64,000 nt of DNA. It comes from a virus (lineage: Duplodnaviria; Caudoviricetes). The position numbers and the translations under genes are program-made. This document shows positions 37,831 to 47,900 of the stretch, one piece after another. Location: positions 32,001 through 96,000 of the IMG/VR virus record IMGVR_UViG_2974638963_000001; one strand, written 5' to 3'. Within the stretch, counting starts at the first letter, position 1; every line of letters starts with the position of its first letter. The notes beneath the pieces were generated by a model that ran no database searches, was not told where the DNA came from, and saw only the letters and a list, made by a program, of their open reading frames with translations.

Positions 37831-38941
37831 TAACCTATAAAGGTTCCGATCTAGAGTAATCTAGTCTCAACTGAATAAATAAAGAGAATAACTCGCTCAA
37901 TTGTCGGGGACGCTAAGTCTAGAAGTAGATATGCCAATCCGCAGCCAGAGTTCCTGGGGACAGGTTCAAATGGTTCAGAGACTGACAGAATATCTAGAAC
38001 AGATATTGCTGCGATGGAGAAATCCATAATACGGCGAGATACCTATTTACACGATTACCTGTCTTTTGAACCCTACGGGCAGGAGATGATCATGGAAATA
38101 AATAAAGAAAATTACGATAATTTAAAAGCACAGAAGTTAACAAGAGGTAAGATAGCCGAAGTTTTTGGTATCCCTGAATGGAGACTAAAGAAACTAATAG
38201 CCAGAGAGGGTTGGGGGAGAAAGATACCCAAATACGAATATAATAACTGCTTTATTCGTGACACTGCTGAAGCAGCTTACTGGTTAGGTTTCCTATTCGC
38301 AGATGGTTGTGTAGATCATAAAGGGCGAGTACGTCTAATGTTGCAGGATGCCGATGAACGTCATATAGAGAAGTTCAGGTCTTTCGTAGGAGCAGAAGAC
38401 TACACTATACAGCAGTGTTCAGGGTACACCAGAAAAGCCCTGGAGTTTACGTCTAAGGAAGCCTGCAAAGATCTCTCTATATTTGGTATCTTACCTAATA
38501 AGACTCTAAAGTCCATTATCCCAGACCAAGAAGTATTCGGGGAACACTTAAACTCCTTTTTACGGGGGCTATTTGACGGGGATGGTACTATATGTGAGTC
38601 GTTCTCTAATGCTAATTCCATAACTGCAACCCTGTATACAGGATTTGCTATAGCTAAGCAAAATATGGAATGGCTGGATAATGTGCTAACTAATATTGTA
38701 GGTGTATCGTATAAAGTATACGAAAAAGATAACATCTATACAGTAACCCTAAATACTAATAAATCTATACGACTACTAGAGTATATGTATACTAATTCTA
38801 CAGAAAGTACTCGTCTAGATAGAAAATACGAAATGTATAACAACATAGTGCTACAGGGTAATCGTAAGACTAGGTAGTAACTAGTCAGAATAAATAGGTA
38901 TAAGGTATAGTCCGCACCATATGAAAATATGGAATTATGTG
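37831..38941 (+). mobile_element. self-splicing group I intron (IA2-like) in DNA polymerase
   Basis: P1 TCGGGAT/GTTCCGA with U-G at the splice site; P AATTGTCGGGGA, Q AATCCGCAGC, R GTTCAGAGACT, S AAGGTATAGTCC; P8 ATACCTATTTA/TAAATAGGTAT; terminal G 38941; splicing restores GGG ATC TTA TAT GGG (GILYG). Confidence 0.93.
38092..38877 (+). CDS. intron-encoded LAGLIDADG homing endonuclease with N-terminal HTH
   Basis: Two motifs 'YWLGFLFADG' and 'FLRGLFDGDG'; AGGAG SD at 38081; lies in the P8 loop. Confidence 0.9.
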   Translation: MEINKENYDNLKAQKLTRGKIAEVFGIPEWRLKKLIAREGWGRKIPKYEYNNCFIRDTAEAAYWLGFLFADGCVDHKGRVRLMLQDADERHIEKFRSFVGAEDYTIQQCSGYTRKALEFTSKEACKDLSIFGILPNKTLKSIIPDQEVFGEHLNSFLRGLFDGDGTICESFSNANSITATLYTGFAIAKQNMEWLDNVLTNIVGVSYKVYEKDNIYTVTLNTNKSIRLLEYMYTNSTESTRLDRKYEMYNNIVLQGNRKTR

Positions 38942-39761
38942 CTTATATGGGTCAGGTCCAAGCAAGGTTGCTGAGTCTGTTAACATGGCTCTGTTAGAGC
39001 AATCAATCAAAACTGGCGAACCGTACACACCATGTACGAAAGATGATGCATTGGAGTATATCGAGACTTACTTCTCTAGCTTCCCACAATTACGTCGTTG
39101 GATTGAAGATTCTCACTCACAAATCGAACAGTTCGGTTTCATCTATTCTCACTTTGGTCGTAAACGTCGTTTACCTAACGTGACTTCTGATGATAAAGGT
39201 GTTCGTGCCGGTGAAGTTCGTTCAGGGTTTAACGCAATCATTCAGGGTGCGTCTTCTGATTCCCTGTTACTAGGGGCTATCGATGCAGATAACGAGATCG
39301 AAAAACTGGGATTATCTGACGAAATGAAAATCATTATGCTAGTACACGACTCTGTAGTTGCTATTGTGCGTGAAGATCTTGTTGATCAATATAACGAATT
39401 AATAGTTAGAAACATCCAGACAGACCGTGGTATTAGTATCAAAGGTTGCCCAATTGGAGTAGGTCAAGACTCTGAGGACGGGGGTTCTGTTGACTACTCT
39501 TGTGGTAAGGTTAAAGGTCAACACCCAATGATCGCAGTGATTCAGGATGAAGAATATCTAAACAATCTTGTAAAAGAGATTGAAGCTGATATCGATCTTC
39601 AATACACTATGCACGTGTTGAAAGATAAAAAACATGCCGAGTATGACGAGATCAAGGCTGAACGTAAGTTGTTGTCTAAAGTAGCTCTAGACTGTGGAAA
39701 TATTGAGGTTGAATTAAACTCAATTATTGAGAGCTTCTGCCCTCAAGTAGCGAGACTGTAG
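38942..39761 (+). CDS. pol: family A DNA polymerase, exon 2
   Basis: 'LYGSG', 'FGRKR', 'NAIIQG', motif C 'VHDS'; spliced product 875 aa. Confidence 0.93.
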
Positions 39762-39763
39762 AA

Positions 39764-40258
39764 ATGATATTAGACCTACCTCTTTATGAGGTTAGGTCTT
39801 TCTTTCGTAAGTCCAAGGAAGGGAACTACACAGTTATTCAGACTCACTACACAAAGTATGTGTTAGATGATGAGTCCTTACCTGGAAACTACTGGGAAAG
39901 ACGACTAGCCTTACGATGCAATGAGAAATCATTACCTTATAAATTGTACCCACTTAAGAAGCGTATTAATTCGTTGAGCCAGCTGGCTAAGTCTAAGGCT
40001 GAGTTCTATATTAATTCACAAGGTAAGTTAATACGTCACTCCAAAGAGAAATTCTATAATATTGAGGTACACAAAGTTTTAAGTTCGGTGCAGATATATA
40101 ATGGAAAGTGGCAAAACTATATTAGGGAAGCCCCTTTTCCTTTCATTACCGACAGCCCTGCTAGCTATCTTAGCGTTATCAAAGCTAGAGGCTCTTTCTG
40201 GTTATTCGATGTACACGACTTCAAGCCAGAAGAACGCAGGTACAGGGTTAAATTATGA
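39764..40258 (+). CDS. hypothetical protein conserved between pol and D10 in T5-like phages
   Basis: ORF track; synteny. Confidence 0.8.
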   Translation: MILDLPLYEVRSFFRKSKEGNYTVIQTHYTKYVLDDESLPGNYWERRLALRCNEKSLPYKLYPLKKRINSLSQLAKSKAEFYINSQGKLIRHSKEKFYNIEVHKVLSSVQIYNGKWQNYIREAPFPFITDSPASYLSVIKARGSFWLFDVHDFKPEERRYRVKL

Positions 40259-41631
40259 AAATTTCAATCGGAAATAAAGCATTCTTTATGCTGCGTGACC
40301 CCGATTTTTGGGATGAAATCCGTCCTAAGATGACGTATGAGATTATGGATAGAAATACCCAGTATCCTAAAATCTACCAAAACTGTGGTAAGATTCGTAC
40401 TGAAATGGTGTGGATTCCTATCACTCGTGTTGCTGACGTGTTAAAGGGTATTGATTTAGAAATCACAGATAGACGTGTAGCACCAGAAGTAGAATTCCCT
40501 GACCCTTCCTTTGTACTGCGGGAAGACCAGACAGAGATATTCGATAAGTTTATAGCTTCTACCGAAGACTGGTGCATTATAAATGGTAAGCCAGGATTTG
40601 GTAAAACTATCACTGCCTTAGCTATTGCACACTATCTAGGAGTGAAAACTTTGGTGGTAACTACTAATGTTAATATTAGAACACAATGGGAAGATGAGGT
40701 TCGTAAGTGGTTCGGTATTGAGCCTGGTGTTATAGGGTCTAGCAGATTTGAACTAGATTCTCCAATTGTTATTGGCAACATTCAGACATTGAGTAAGCAC
40801 GGAGAACGGTTAGCTAAGGAATTTGGTCTGGTAATTGTAGATGAGATGCACCACTGTGTTGCAACTACATTTACTAAATTTCTAGAGTTTTCCTACGCCA
40901 AGTATCGTATAGGTTTATCCGGTACCCTAAAGCGTAAAGACGGTCTTAATGTAATGTTTCCAGATTACTTTGGTTACACTGTATTTTCACCTGCGGTAGC
41001 TAATACTCTAGACCCAACAATCTATAAGTTCCACCTACCTGAAGTAGAACTATCTGGGAACAGGAATATACCTTGGGCACTTAGAGCCAACGACGTATAT
41101 GAAAATCCGTTGTATAGGGCACATATTATCTCAAAGACGTATATAATGTACAGAGAGGGACATAAGGTACTAGTAGTATCTGACCGAAGTGAGCTAATAG
41201 CACACATAGCCGAAAAGCTAGAAAGTGTTGGTACTAAGGTGCACCAAATCACGGGGCAAACTTCTATCGAGGATAGGAAGAGCATCTTACTAGAGATTGA
41301 AACTGACCCAACACCGTGCGTACTAGTAGCTGCTGTTGGTATATTCTCTGAGGGTGTTTCGTGCAACCCATTGTCATGCTTAGTGCATGCATGTATAATT
41401 GGAGATAATGAGTCTTTAATTGAGCAACTAGGTGGACGTATTCAACGTATTGCGGAAGGTAAACTACCTCCTGTGATTCTAGATACTAGATTAGGAGGTG
41501 ATGTTGCCCAAAGACAGGCTGCTACACGAACTCGTGTGTACAATCAGAACGGTTGGACATCCAGAGAAATGACTGAAAAGGTTTGGGACAAATACTTAAA
41601 AAAAGTACTTGATCAAAACCCGATTTCTTGA
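40255..41631 (+). CDS. D10: SF2 helicase (T5 D10, UvsW-like)
   Basis: 'LREDQ', 'PGFGKT', 'DEMHH', 'GLSGT', 'QLGGRIQR'. Confidence 0.92.
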   Translation: MKISIGNKAFFMLRDPDFWDEIRPKMTYEIMDRNTQYPKIYQNCGKIRTEMVWIPITRVADVLKGIDLEITDRRVAPEVEFPDPSFVLREDQTEIFDKFIASTEDWCIINGKPGFGKTITALAIAHYLGVKTLVVTTNVNIRTQWEDEVRKWFGIEPGVIGSSRFELDSPIVIGNIQTLSKHGERLAKEFGLVIVDEMHHCVATTFTKFLEFSYAKYRIGLSGTLKRKDGLNVMFPDYFGYTVFSPAVANTLDPTIYKFHLPEVELSGNRNIPWALRANDVYENPLYRAHIISKTYIMYREGHKVLVVSDRSELIAHIAEKLESVGTKVHQITGQTSIEDRKSILLEIETDPTPCVLVAAVGIFSEGVSCNPLSCLVHACIIGDNESLIEQLGGRIQRIAEGKLPPVILDTRLGGDVAQRQAATRTRVYNQNGWTSREMTEKVWDKYLKKVLDQNPIS

Positions 41632-41637
41632 TATAAT
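41609..41637 (+). promoter_or_regulatory. sigma70-type promoter
   Basis: TTGATC-17-TATAAT. Confidence 0.75.
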
Positions 41638-41662
41638 ATTTATATAAATTGATGAGGAAGAA

Positions 41663-41917
41663 ATGGAAAATCAAAATCAAAATCAAAACCAAATTATTAC
41701 AATAGATACTGCCGATATTCAGGTAGGTCTGTCAATGATCGAACAAGAACAATTGTTCATGTTTTTAGCCAAGTGTCGCGAGGCTAGACAGTATCGTGGT
41801 CAAACACCGTTACAAGGAATCTTTGTACGTGTTGAAGACCCATCATTCGATGAAGTTGTTAAAACATACCAAAAGTGGCATCCAATGCCCGAAGATACTC
41901 AGAACACAGACAATTAA
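41663..41917 (+). CDS. hypothetical protein
   Basis: ORF track; GAGGA SD; own promoter. Confidence 0.75.
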   Translation: MENQNQNQNQIITIDTADIQVGLSMIEQEQLFMFLAKCREARQYRGQTPLQGIFVRVEDPSFDEVVKTYQKWHPMPEDTQNTDN

Positions 41918-41930
41918 TTAAAAACTTTTC

Positions 41931-41959
41931 TTGCCTTGAGCTAGAATATTTGATATAAT
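41931..41959 (+). promoter_or_regulatory. sigma70-type promoter
   Basis: TTGCCT-17-TATAAT. Confidence 0.8.
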
Positions 41960-41984
41960 ATATCTTATGAAATCGAGGTAAGAA

Positions 41985-42359
41985 ATGTTACGATTTGATT
42001 ACGAAAAGATTTACATATTATCATATGGACGATCTGACCTAATAATTGAATATCTACGCAGATTGCGAGATGAACCAGAGGCTTGTGTAAGTCTATTAGG
42101 TAGTTCGTTCATTGTTAATTCATCAGTTATCCTAGATAACCCGATGAAATATAATGCAAGAATCTTAGCAGAATATGTTGGATTACTTAGCATTAGAAAC
42201 TACGCTGATTATCAATTGACCGGAGACACATCTTTGCCAATGATGTCAGTATACCCATGGATTCCACGAGAAATCGTAGAGTCAAACCCATTCGTTCAAA
42301 TATCTATAGATACGTTAAAATTCAATAAAGAAGAGGAAAAATCATATGTCAGGAACTAA
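41985..42359 (+). CDS. hypothetical protein conserved in T5-like phages
   Basis: ORF track; GAGG SD. Confidence 0.8.
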   Translation: MLRFDYEKIYILSYGRSDLIIEYLRRLRDEPEACVSLLGSSFIVNSSVILDNPMKYNARILAEYVGLLSIRNYADYQLTGDTSLPMMSVYPWIPREIVESNPFVQISIDTLKFNKEEEKSYVRN

Positions 42360-43164
42360 AGCTTGGGGTTCATTCAGCGGTAAAGCAGAAACTAGCAAAC
42401 ACGCATACTTATCATTAAATCAAAAAGGTGCTTTCAGCATCCGTATTGTCTCCGGTGTACTACCACGTTACGTTTACTGGATTGAGAATAAAAGTTTAGG
42501 TATTTCCGCATCTTTTGACTCATTCCGTTTCAATCGTTCTCAAGAGAAATTCAACAACAGCTTACCTGATCCAATTCAGGACATGCACATCACTCAGTTC
42601 AATAAGTTCTCCAAGAAAAGCGAAGAGATCAAATCTCGTCGTAACTACTTATGCTGGGTTTTAGACCGCCAAGACGGTAGCAAAATGAAGCTGATGGAAC
42701 TTAAATCATCTTTAAACGATTCAATCAACGAAATGATGGGTCAACTGTACGCAGATGGTCTAAAATCACCGATGATGATCGACCTAGAAATCACCCGTAT
42801 CGGGGAAGGTAAAGATACTCGTTATTCTGTCAACATTGTTAAAGCTATGAAAGACTTAGCTAAACTGCAAGATCCTGCTTCTGATATTGCTCGTGCGATG
42901 TTAAAAGATTACGAAGTAATTGGTGAGCCAGTATATGATGGTGATTCAATGGTTGCTTTTGAGAAAGTACCAGATTTAGCAACTGAATTCCCAGCTCCAT
43001 ACGACCCAACTCGTGATGATTCTATCGAAGCTGCTGCAGAAGCACAACGCCGTGAAGTTGAAGAGTTCTTAGCTAAAGTTAAGGACGACGGCAATCAAAA
43101 TAAACCTGAAGAGTCAGCTCGTGCTAACGATTTAGGTGCTGGTGAAGCGGCTGCTGATCTGTAA
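42346..43164 (+). CDS. D11: single-stranded DNA-binding protein (T5 D11)
   Basis: 'RIVSGVLPRYVYW', acidic C-terminal tail; T5 gene order. Confidence 0.8.
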   Translation: MSGTKAWGSFSGKAETSKHAYLSLNQKGAFSIRIVSGVLPRYVYWIENKSLGISASFDSFRFNRSQEKFNNSLPDPIQDMHITQFNKFSKKSEEIKSRRNYLCWVLDRQDGSKMKLMELKSSLNDSINEMMGQLYADGLKSPMMIDLEITRIGEGKDTRYSVNIVKAMKDLAKLQDPASDIARAMLKDYEVIGEPVYDGDSMVAFEKVPDLATEFPAPYDPTRDDSIEAAAEAQRREVEEFLAKVKDDGNQNKPEESARANDLGAGEAAADL

Positions 43165-43179
43165 TAGACAGCATAGAAA

Positions 43180-43205
43180 CGGGGCTTAATTGCCCCTTTC
43201 TTTTA
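43180..43205 (+). terminator. intrinsic terminator
   Basis: GGGGC-TTAATT-GCCCC followed by T-rich run. Confidence 0.65.
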
Positions 43206-43216
43206 TCTTGATAATA

Positions 43217-44194
43217 ATGAAAATACTTTTTACCGCAGATATACATATTAAATTAGGTCAAAAAGACGTGCCTGTAGACTGGCAGCGTAATAGATACCTG
43301 ATGTTAGCTCAAGAATTGAAAGAGTTGTACATTAAACACCAGTGCGATCTAATGATTATTGGTGGTGATATCTTTGACACTAATAAACCAACCTCAAAGG
43401 AAGTAGATCTTAACACTAGATTCTTTTCCACGCTAAAAGATTGTAATATCATCTTGTACACCGGTAATCACGAAATGCTAAGTAAGAAAGAATCTGCTTT
43501 AAGCAATTTTACTTCTACATACCTAGAAATTAGTGATACGTTCTACGTTGCTGATGATTGTTATAGATCTGCTGACTTCGATATTATAGACTATACAGAG
43601 TTGAAAGCTAAAACATGGAAACCTGCCAAGTCTAAACTTTGTTTCACACATGTTAGAGGAGAAATTCCACCACACGTAACTCCGGAAATTGACCTACAAA
43701 AATTTGTTGATCATGGCTATGAATTAGTTATAGCTGGAGACCTCCATTCCTTTCAAAATAGCCAACATATTGGTTCAGTTCCACTCATGTACCCTGGCTC
43801 ACCATTAAGTACTTCGTTTGCTAGATCAGAACCCAAAAATACGCATGGTGTATTTATTATTGATACAGATACTCTATCAGTAGATTGGGTAAGTACAGAT
43901 CATCTACCTCAGTTAATTACAAAAACAATATCTGTAGGAGAAGAGATGGTCGCTGGAACGTATCACCACCTCATGTATGAAATTGAGGGTAACATCTTAG
44001 AGCTTAAGTCTGTAGAGAATAGTGAACTTCTGAAAAAGAAATTGAATAACTCCGTATCTACAGAAGCTAAACTGCAACTTAAAGATAAAACAGTGGGTGA
44101 AGAACTAGATACATTATGGCAGGAAGTATATGGGTTAGATACTAAGACAAGAGTCAGGTTGCACAAGCGTCTAGGGGATTATAAAATTGTCTAA
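43217..44194 (+). CDS. D12: Mre11/SbcD-like nuclease (T5 D12)
   Basis: 'TADIH', 'GGDIFD', 'GNHE', 'GDLH', 'YPGS'. Confidence 0.92.
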   Translation: MKILFTADIHIKLGQKDVPVDWQRNRYLMLAQELKELYIKHQCDLMIIGGDIFDTNKPTSKEVDLNTRFFSTLKDCNIILYTGNHEMLSKKESALSNFTSTYLEISDTFYVADDCYRSADFDIIDYTELKAKTWKPAKSKLCFTHVRGEIPPHVTPEIDLQKFVDHGYELVIAGDLHSFQNSQHIGSVPLMYPGSPLSTSFARSEPKNTHGVFIIDTDTLSVDWVSTDHLPQLITKTISVGEEMVAGTYHHLMYEIEGNILELKSVENSELLKKKLNNSVSTEAKLQLKDKTVGEELDTLWQEVYGLDTKTRVRLHKRLGDYKIV

Positions 44195-46040
44195 AATTAC
44201 AATTAGAAAGATGCGATTTGACAACTTCTTATCTTATGGCGAAAGCAATGAGATAGACTTTGAAACAGGTCGCGTTGTACAACTTGTAGGTGCTAACGGT
44301 GCAGGTAAATCCTCAATCGCTACAGCACTAGAAGAATGCCTGTTCAATAAAAATAGTAAAGGACTATCAAAGTCTGAACTATTCAACTGGGAACAGGATA
44401 AAAAACATTACCATCTAGAAGTTGACTTTTCAAAAGATGGGAGCGAATACACTGTTATAAAGGACGTTAAGTCTACCACTAAACTTACACTTCTTCAAGA
44501 TGGTGAAGATATAAGTGGTCATACAGCAACTCAAACGTATAAACTAATCAGTGATATATTTGGTTGTGACTTTACTACGTTTACAAAGATTGTGTATCAG
44601 TCTGTGGGGTCAAGTCTAGACTTCTTAAAGACTACTGATGCAAAGCGTAAGGAGTTCTTAACATCTTTGTTTGATCAAGAGATATATAAAGCTCTTGAAG
44701 CAGATGTTAAGGCTGATATTAAAGTTGTAGAGAGTAGCGTAGCATCACTATCGGGGTCTATTAGCTCTACAAGCAAAATGTTAGAAATGGTTATCAAAGA
44801 CAGTAAACTAACTATTCCAGAACGTGTTGAAGTACCTGAGTTTGACGATTCACAGGTTAGCGAGCGTATCGGAGAGTTAAAAGCACAGGCTACCCTAGTC
44901 TCCCATCAGCAGACTATGATCAAGAAGAAAATTGAAGCGGACAGACGTGTACGAGAAGCCCAAGAAGCTGTTGACTTGTTAACAGAACAAGTTAAAGATA
45001 TTGATAACCCAAGTGAAGAAGAGCTGAATGAGAAGAAAACTAAATGGGCAGAATGTAATCATAAACTACGTGATGCAGAACTGCGTATAAAAACATTTAG
45101 TGCAGAGTCTTCTAATACTACATGCAAAACCTGTGGATCACATCTTGATGTGTCTGCTGCACTCAATGCTCTTAACATTGCTAGAACTGATAAAGCCGAA
45201 GTTGCCGATACTGTTATTGAATTAGCAGAATCTATCAAGATTATTGAAGAAAAGCGTCAGCGTTGGGGCAAGTTAGGTCTAGCTCAAATGACGTTAAGTG
45301 CTGCACTAGAAAGTGCATCAGACTATGGTGACGTTAGTGACAACTCTATTGATTTGGATATTGGTGATATTAATGCTGATATTATTCGACTACAAAATGA
45401 TGTCAAGCAAAGGAAACAAGAAGTAGAAACAGCTAAAAGTATCAATGCTGACTCAGATAAAAAGCAAGCTCTTAAAGATGCTGCACTTGATAGACTACAC
45501 GTTATTGAGAAAGAACTAGATTCACTAAACGCTGAACTAGCTGAGCAACAGGAACAATTAGCAGATCTACAACTTATAGCTAAATCACTGAAAGATATCG
45601 TTGGGTATAAGCTAGAATATAATGTTAAAGTATTTGAGGAACTTATTAATAAGTATCTATCAGATCTCACTGATGGTGTATTCGCTCTCAACTTTGAACT
45701 TAACGCAACTAAGTTAGACGTTATTATTTATAATAATGGTCGTCAGACAAGTATGGCGTCATGTTCAACAGGTCAACAGCAAAGAATACAAACGGCTACA
45801 TTATTAGCTATTCGTGCACTACTAAGCTCAGTTAATAAAGTTGATATAAATCTATTATTCTTAGATGAAGTTATCAGCTACATTGATACTCAAGGTATCG
45901 AAACATTAATAGAGGTTCTATTGAAGGAGCCAGAGCTTAATTCTTTTATAGTGTCACATGGACACTCTCATCCAATGGCAGAACAAATTGTTATTGTACA
46001 AGATGAGAATCAAGTCTCTAGACTTGTGGAATCAAAATAA
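44187..46040 (+). CDS. D13: Rad50/SbcC-like ATPase (T5 D13)
   Basis: 'GANGAGKS', coiled coil with CKTC hook, 'STGQ', 'LFLDE'. Confidence 0.93.
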   Translation: MSKITIRKMRFDNFLSYGESNEIDFETGRVVQLVGANGAGKSSIATALEECLFNKNSKGLSKSELFNWEQDKKHYHLEVDFSKDGSEYTVIKDVKSTTKLTLLQDGEDISGHTATQTYKLISDIFGCDFTTFTKIVYQSVGSSLDFLKTTDAKRKEFLTSLFDQEIYKALEADVKADIKVVESSVASLSGSISSTSKMLEMVIKDSKLTIPERVEVPEFDDSQVSERIGELKAQATLVSHQQTMIKKKIEADRRVREAQEAVDLLTEQVKDIDNPSEEELNEKKTKWAECNHKLRDAELRIKTFSAESSNTTCKTCGSHLDVSAALNALNIARTDKAEVADTVIELAESIKIIEEKRQRWGKLGLAQMTLSAALESASDYGDVSDNSIDLDIGDINADIIRLQNDVKQRKQEVETAKSINADSDKKQALKDAALDRLHVIEKELDSLNAELAEQQEQLADLQLIAKSLKDIVGYKLEYNVKVFEELINKYLSDLTDGVFALNFELNATKLDVIIYNNGRQTSMASCSTGQQQRIQTATLLAIRALLSSVNKVDINLLFLDEVISYIDTQGIETLIEVLLKEPELNSFIVSHGHSHPMAEQIVIVQDENQVSRLVESK

Positions 46041-46522
46041 TGGCAGTTGATAGTAGAGAAAAAGGTAAACGCGGAGAAATGCAAGTCCGTGATTTACTTC
46101 GTGAAAAGACAAAACTTCAATGGGAACGAGTTCCAGGTTCAGGAGCATTTGGTGCAAACCATGCCCTTAAGGGTGATGTATACTTACCTCCAGGCACTGC
46201 ACATATGAGCCTATTTTGTTTTGAGGTTAAATGGTATAAAGATGAGCAACTAACATCTAATATCCTTAATACTGGAACATCCCAAATGGAAAAGTGGTGG
46301 GAGCAAGCAGTACGAGAAGCAGGAGAAATGAATATGAGACCTGCCCTAGTATTCAAAAAGGACAGAGGCCCTTGGCTAATTGCTCTTAGCTTCGATGATC
46401 CATCAGCATTAGCTCTGGCGGATTACCATCACTTAATGATCTCGAAACGAGATACAGAGATTATTATAGGCGACTTCAAAACGTGGCTTGAGAACGTCTC
46501 TATCGAGGAACTAGTTAAGTAA
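46040..46522 (+). CDS. D14: Holliday-junction resolvase-like PD-(D/E)xK nuclease (T5 D14)
   Basis: 'SREKGKRGE', 'PGSGA', 'GD..', 'FEVK'. Confidence 0.85.
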   Translation: MAVDSREKGKRGEMQVRDLLREKTKLQWERVPGSGAFGANHALKGDVYLPPGTAHMSLFCFEVKWYKDEQLTSNILNTGTSQMEKWWEQAVREAGEMNMRPALVFKKDRGPWLIALSFDDPSALALADYHHLMISKRDTEIIIGDFKTWLENVSIEELVK

Positions 46523-47403
46523 TGAGTACAAAATCATGGAAACAAATAAGGGACGAAGAAGTAGCGGAGTTCGAGTCTAGGAATAACTTAGTAGTTATTG
46601 ACTTAGTTAACATCGCACATAGGGTATCTCAAAATATAAAAGATGGTAAAGCATTTGCCAGAAAACTTTTAGAGGATATCAAAAGATTTGAAAAAGAATA
46701 TCATGGAAGAAAAGTTATAGTCCTAACGGATAAAGGTAAATCTTCCTACCGTGTAGCTCTTTTTCCGGAATACAAAGACAACCGAAGAAAAGCACGTGAG
46801 AAGCGCAGTGAGGCTGAGCAAAGAGCACAGCGTGAGTGGTTTTCAAAATTGAAGGAAGGTATTCGTATTGTCGAAGAAACCATTAAGATATTTGGTTATG
46901 AAGGTGTTGAGGCAGATGATATGGCTGCGGTAATAGTAGACCAATACTCAGGCACTCAACTATTCGACCATATTTGGCTAATATCAACTGATGGAGACTG
47001 GGATCTTCTTCTTAAAGACGATGTATCTAGATATTCTTTCTACACCCAGCGGGAATATAAGCTTAAGGATATGTATGAAAATTCAGGAGTAGACACTCCA
47101 GAACAGCTAGCATCTCTCAAGGCTTTACAGGGAGATAGGAAGGATAATATTGATGGAGTTGAGGGAGTAGGAACTAAGCGTGGGTACGGTCTAATACGAG
47201 AATTTGGTTCAGCACTGGATATTGTAGAGGCAATCCCGCTCCCAGGAAAGCAAGCATTCATTCGTAAAGTGAATGAAAGTGCAGAACTAATCGAAAGAAA
47301 CGTTCAACTCGTGGACTTAGTAAGTTTCTCTGCTGAAGCATTAGCTCATGCAGGTGTTTATAATAAATTCGTAGAAGAACTAGAGGAAATCATTAATGCG
47401 TAA
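46522..47403 (+). CDS. D15: flap endonuclease / 5'-3' exonuclease (T5 D15)
   Basis: 'YKDNR', 'GVEADD', 'STDGDW', 'GDRKDNIDGVEGVG'. Confidence 0.95.
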   Translation: MSTKSWKQIRDEEVAEFESRNNLVVIDLVNIAHRVSQNIKDGKAFARKLLEDIKRFEKEYHGRKVIVLTDKGKSSYRVALFPEYKDNRRKAREKRSEAEQRAQREWFSKLKEGIRIVEETIKIFGYEGVEADDMAAVIVDQYSGTQLFDHIWLISTDGDWDLLLKDDVSRYSFYTQREYKLKDMYENSGVDTPEQLASLKALQGDRKDNIDGVEGVGTKRGYGLIREFGSALDIVEAIPLPGKQAFIRKVNESAELIERNVQLVDLVSFSAEALAHAGVYNKFVEELEEIINA

Positions 47404-47860
47404 TAGTATTCATCCAGTAAAAGTATTTGCAATTCGTGACGAAGTGCGTCCAGTAACAGGCTCCGCTGATGCAGCAGCTATTGATCTTCGTGTTAACTTA
47501 TCAGAACGTGAACCTTATATGGTGTTACAGCCAGGCGAATCTCGTCTGGTAGGTTCCGGGTTACATATGGAAATTCCAGTAGGTTGGTGTGGAATTATCA
47601 TTCCTCGTAGCGGTATGGGATCTAAAGGTTTACATATTAAAAACGTAACAGGTCTTATTGATGCAGACTATCGTGGAGAGATCCAACTAGGCTTAGTTAA
47701 CAATGGTACTGAGGAAATTATCATTGAACGTTTTGAGCGCGTATGCCAAATGGTAATTGTACCACACTACCCTCATGTAGTTGAGTTTGTAGATTCTGTT
47801 GATCAGTTATCTGAAACTGACCGGGGAACAGGTGGTTTTGGTCATAGCGGTAAGCAGTAA
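47396..47860 (+). CDS. dut: dUTPase
   Basis: 'AAIDL', 'PRSG', 'GLIDADYRGE', 'RGTGGFGHSG'. Confidence 0.97.
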   Translation: MRNSIHPVKVFAIRDEVRPVTGSADAAAIDLRVNLSEREPYMVLQPGESRLVGSGLHMEIPVGWCGIIIPRSGMGSKGLHIKNVTGLIDADYRGEIQLGLVNNGTEEIIIERFERVCQMVIVPHYPHVVEFVDSVDQLSETDRGTGGFGHSGKQ

Positions 47861-47861
47861 T

Positions 47862-47900
47862 AAAAAAACCCCAGTGGATTTTGTCCACTGGGGTTTATTT
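47862..47900. terminator. bidirectional terminator between converging early and late units
   Basis: A-run, CCCCAGTGGA-loop-TCCACTGGGG, T-run. Confidence 0.85.

Noticed and set aside
37831-38941. Polymerase as a split gene, pseudogene or intein-containing gene
   Set aside because: Stop codons flank the endonuclease ORF, so it is not an intein. Group I splicing restores a perfect reading frame.
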